From NCBI GenBank assembly GCA_020833025.1, contig JAJHRB010000010.1, positions 1 to 31,407 on the forward strand: 31,407 nucleotides of DNA, read 5' to 3'. Positions 27,641-31,407 of the stretch are shown in pieces; the first letter of the stretch is position 1; each line of letters starts with the position of its first letter. Source of the stretch: Thermoproteaceae archaeon. Lineage in GTDB: Archaea > Thermoproteota > Thermoprotei > Thermoproteales > Thermoproteaceae. The notes beneath the pieces are model-generated. The model was not told the origin of the DNA, did not search any database, and was given only the letters and a program-made list of their open reading frames with translations. The translations under genes were made by a program, and so were the position numbers.

Positions 27641-28734
27641 GTGCTTTTCGACCCAGGTCCGAAGGAGAGTAGGGCCGATTTATTCGGGAGGGATGAGGAG
27701 TTGGGTAGAATAAGCAACTTCCTTAGTAGTTCGTCTAGGTTGTTGGTGATTTACGGTATTAGGCGTATTGGTAAGACCTCCGTGCTTAAGGTTGCCCTTA
27801 ATGAATCCCGCATCCCATATTGTTACATTGATGCTAAGGCGCTCGAGGGTGACTTATCGGTTAGGAGGTTGTATGGGTTGGTCTCGAGGTGCCTAAGCGA
27901 GGTTGCGGTTAGGTTTAGGCTTGAGGATGTTATTCGTAGGATTGCTAGGTCTTTACATGGCGTTCACGTACTTGGTAGCGGTGTTGATTTATCAATAATA
28001 TATTGAGCAGGGGGAGGTCTACTTCACGGATTTATTGAGTAGGGTTTCGGATAATCTAGACAGGTTCGTCCTAGCCATTGACGAGGCCCAATGGCTCAGG
28101 CTACTTAAGGGGCATGGTAAGATGGATATGGCTCTCGTGCTTGCCTACGTCTATGATAACCTAAGCAATGTAAAGGTTATCCTCACAGGCTCGGAGGTCG
28201 GCCTTCTCCACGACTTCATAGGTTTCAATGACGTGAGGTCGCCGCTGTATGGTAGGATAATGGATGAATTAACCCTTGAGCCATTCAGTAGGGAGAAGTC
28301 CATGGAGTTCCTGAGACTTGGGTTTAGGCAGTACGGCGTCGATGTTGATGAGGATGAGATTAGGGAGGTCGTTGATAGGCTCAATGGTATTGTTGGTTGG
28401 CTAACATACTACGGCTACATGAGGGCCATTAGGGGGCGTTAAGCCCGTGGAGGTGTATAACGAGGCGTTAGTATTAATCAACGAGGAGCTAAGGTCCCTC
28501 TTAAATAGGTCGAGGTATTATGCGACGGTGCTTGAGGCTTTGGCGAGGGGTAGGACTAGGTTTAGCGAGATTAGGGATTACGTATCGGCTAGGCTTGGTA
28601 AGTATGTGCAGCCCACTGAGGTGAGTAGGGTCCTCAACAACCTAGTTAAGCTCAGCATAATCAAGAGGAGCGGGCATGGCACGTACGAGATAGTAGACCC
28701 CATAGTTAAGATTAGGTTTAGTCTTAGTCAATGA
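27641..28734 (+). pseudogene. Archaeal AAA+ (ATPase_2-type) ATPase with C-terminal wHTH, two frameshifts
   Basis: LFGRDEEL, Walker A GIRRIGKTS, Walker B VLAIDEAQ, LTGSEVG, SPLYGR, GIVGWL, Y.IVDP. Frame breaks near 27997 and in the G5 run at about 28432-28436. Confidence 0.88.
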
Positions 28735-28844
28735 GAAGTCATTAGGCGGCATTCTTTGCCGGGCCGCTCAATGAATTGAGTTATATTATCTACGCCAAGC
28801 CTTACACTAACGCGCCTATTTTACTAGCGGTATTCGTTAACGCG

Positions 28845-29776
28845 ATGGGGGACCTAGTCAGGGAGGTTTTGAGACTTAAGCGTGAGAGGAGTGCCGTGAT
28901 CCTGGCCCATAACTACCAGAGGCCTGAGGTTCAGGCTGTGGCTGATTTCCTCGGCGATTCGCTGGATTTGTCCCTTGAGGCGGCTAAGACTAATGCTAAG
29001 GTCATAGTCTTCGCCGGCGTGTACTTCATGGCTGAGGTGGCCGCTGTGTTAAACCCTGACAAGCTCGTTTTAATACCCGACACGAGGGCGGGCTGCACAT
29101 TGGTTGACTCCGTCAGGGCTGAGGATATAATTAGGTGGAGGAGGGAGCACCCCGACGGTGTTGTTGTTACGTACATAAACTCGTCGATCGAGGTTAAGGC
29201 GGTCTCGGACTACGTCTGCACCTCAGCCAACTGCCACAAGATAATCGAGTCAATACCCAGGGACAGGCCAGTACTTTTCGTGCCCGATAGGAACCTGGGC
29301 AACTACATAAGGTACGTCACCAATAGGGACAACCTCTACGTCTGGAGCGGTTCCTGTTACGTCCATGATAAGATCACGTATGAAGCCCTCGCTAGGGCAG
29401 CAATGGAGAATAGGGGCTCCATACTGCTCGTCCATCCCGAGTGCTCGGGGACCGTTGACATACTTAGGAATGCCGAGAAGCTGGGGGTGAAGGTTAGGGT
29501 TGCGTCGACCCAGGGCATGGTGAAGGCCGTAAAGGAGTCGGGTGGTGGCAGTTTCGTAATAGCCACCGAGACTGGGATAATCAATAGGATATTGAGGGAG
29601 GTGCCGAACGTGAAGGTCGTTCCTGCTCTTAAGGATGCCGTTTGCGAGTTCATGAGTTGATAACGCTGGATAAGATCCATAGGTCATTGAGGGACCTAAT
29701 GCACCCCGTGAGGGTTCCCGAGGACCTGGCCAAGAGGGCTAGGGTCGCGATTATGAGGATGCTTGAATTTAGGTAA
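28845..29776 (+). pseudogene. nadA: Quinolinate synthase NadA, one frameshift near the C-terminus
   Basis: LAHNYQ, GDSL, GVYFMAE, AGCTL, YINS, CTSAN, CYVH, HPEC, C.FM. One base is missing near 29655 and the frame resumes (LITLDKI...MLEFR*) to 29776. Confidence 0.9.
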
Positions 29777-29781
29777 TGCGT

Positions 29782-31216
29782 ATGAGGCTTGTGATCGTTG
29801 GTTCGGGAATTGCCGGTTTAAGCGCGGCGATCAGGGCTAGGGAGGAGGGGGTCGACGACGTCATTGTAATAACGAGGAGCCCGCGTGGCGGCAGTTCGCG
29901 GAAGGCCTAGGGAGGCATAGCCGTACCCATTGACGACTCCGATGTTAAGGTTCACGTTAATGACACGCTCGTGGTAGGTAGGTACCTGAATGATGAGGGG
30001 GTTGTCTGGAGCTACATCGGGCTTGCGCGCGATGTCCTTAATTGGTTGACTAGGCATGGTTTTGAGCCCTGCAGGGAAAGGTCCCTTGAGGGTGGTCACA
30101 GTAGGGCTAGGGTTGTTAGGGCTAGGATCGGTGGTGATAGGATTGGTGAGGCTGTGATGAGCGTCTTGACGAGGGTTTCCGAGGAGGTTGGTGTTCAGGT
30201 GGTTGAGGGTAGGCTGGACGGCATAGAGGTTAGTAATAACAGGGCCGTGGGCGCACGCTTGACGATGGCGATTTCGTAAGGGCCGACGCGGTTGTGCTCG
30301 CCACTGGCGGCTATGCTGGGCTGTACCTATACAGTACAGTACCAATGATGGGGGTGGCTCGGGTATTGAAACCGCCATGAGGGCCGGCGCCTTGGTCAGG
30401 GACCTGGAGTTCGTACAGTTCCACCCAACGGTCGCCATGCTTGATGGGGATCTATTCCTAATATCCGAGGCCGTTAGGGGTGAGGGGGCAAGGCTTGTTA
30501 ATAAGGATGGCGAGTACTTCATGGGGAAGTATTACGAGAGGGCTGAGTTGGCGCCGCGCGACGTGGTTAGCAGGGCTGTTTATAACGAACTCGTGAGGAC
30601 CGGCGGTGTTTACTTAGACGTGTCATCCATTGAGAACTTCGAGGAGAAGTTCCCGGCAATAAGCGGTTTCCTGAGGGCGCACGGCCTTAGGCCAGGTAAG
30701 GACCTAATACCGGTGGTGCCGGCGGCCCATTACACAATCGGTGGCGTCGCGGTTGATGCGCTGGGTCGAACGAGTATTAGGGGGTTGTTCGCAATAGGTG
30801 AGGCCTCCTCATCCTTATTCCACGGCGCCAATAGACTAGCCGGCAACAGCCTGCTGGAAGCTCTCGTGCAGGGCTATCTAGTCATTAGGGCGTTCAAGGC
30901 CTATTACAGCGGTGATGCCTGGGGGCTACCTGTGATTGGCAGGTACGATGTTGTTGCGCATACGAGGTGTAGATTGGCGAGTTACGTGGATATGGGGCGC
31001 GCCGGGGATGTGTTGTGGAGGTATGTCGGTATCGTGAGGAGTGAGGATGGGCTTAGGAGGGCTATTGATGAGCTTGAGGGCTCGTTACTGCCTAGCCTCA
31101 TTGCCAAGGCGGCGATGATTAGGAGGGAGAGTGTTGGTGTTCACTATAGGGTTGATTACCCGAGTTGGTCAGGGACGAAGTTCCACATACTATTTAGGTG
31201 CGGTGATGCGGCATGA
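29782..31216 (+). pseudogene. nadB: L-aspartate oxidase NadB, one nonsense codon and two frameshifts
   Basis: GSGIAG, A*GGIA (TAG at 29908-29910 where Q is expected), EGGHS, LATGG, EFVQFHPT, SEAVRGEG, LAPRDVV, AHYTIGG, HGANRLAGNSLLE, ESVGVHYR. Frame breaks near 30258 and 30340. Confidence 0.92.
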
Positions 31217-31407
31217 TAGAGGCCAGGTTGTTCGCGTATAAATTACTGGATGCCTTGAGGGAGGACGACCCATTCTGGGACCTAACAAGCGTAATCGTGC
31301 CTAACAAATATGGGGAGGCCTGTGTCAGGGTTAAGGAGGACTGCGTAATAGCCGGTATGGAGGAGGTGACCGAGTTCCTTAGGTTACTCGGGCTAGAATT
31401 CACGGTA
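31213..31407 (+). CDS. nadC: Nicotinate-nucleotide pyrophosphorylase NadC, 3' partial
   Basis: ATGA overlap with the nadB stop. LREDDPFWDLTS...VKEDCVIAG; follows nadA-nadB. Confidence 0.8.
   Translation, partial: MIEARLFAYKLLDALREDDPFWDLTSVIVPNKYGEACVRVKEDCVIAGMEEVTEFLRLLGLEFTV

Larger units (their letters stand above)
27085..31407. other. Lower-GC island or foreign segment (extends beyond window)
   Basis: Abrupt compositional and codon shift (AGG, ATT, GGT rich); one sampled line was 48% GC versus 72% for one upstream line. Confidence 0.75.

Noticed and set aside
1-31407. CRISPR array, tRNA or rRNA genes
   Set aside because: No regularly spaced repeats, and no T-loop/cloverleaf or rRNA signatures seen by eye.

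Overview
Chromosomal window of a high-GC crenarchaeon, most consistent with Thermoproteaceae (PaREP1 genes, L38e, N-terminally extended L22/S17/S19, TATA boxes about 22-28 nt before start codons). From 1 to about 27.08 kb it carries ilvD, a DUF488 fusion next to a PaREP1 gene, feoB, GAPOR and a degenerate deacetylase. It also holds a large anaerobic-type cobalamin cluster (cbiF, L, T, D, H, cbiX-cbiC fusion, cbiE, cbiG, cbtAB, plus a shattered cobN remnant), ribosomal protein genes, trxB, at least one C/D box sRNA and a GH1 glycosidase. A transposase-less TnpB cassette has an unannotated 54-aa coupled ORF and a divergent structured RNA candidate, whose core recurs 1.3 kb away. A perfect 39-bp inverted repeat brackets 8.4-24.1 kb and splits a Gate-domain paralog, suggesting an inversion. 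From about 27.08 kb onward composition drops (one sampled 60-nt line 48% GC versus 72% for a sampled line upstream). This part holds a PaREP1 gene, an archaeal ATPase and nadA-nadB-nadC, with seven reading-frame lesions. No CRISPR array, rRNA or tRNA was recognised. All calls are by eye; no database search was run.
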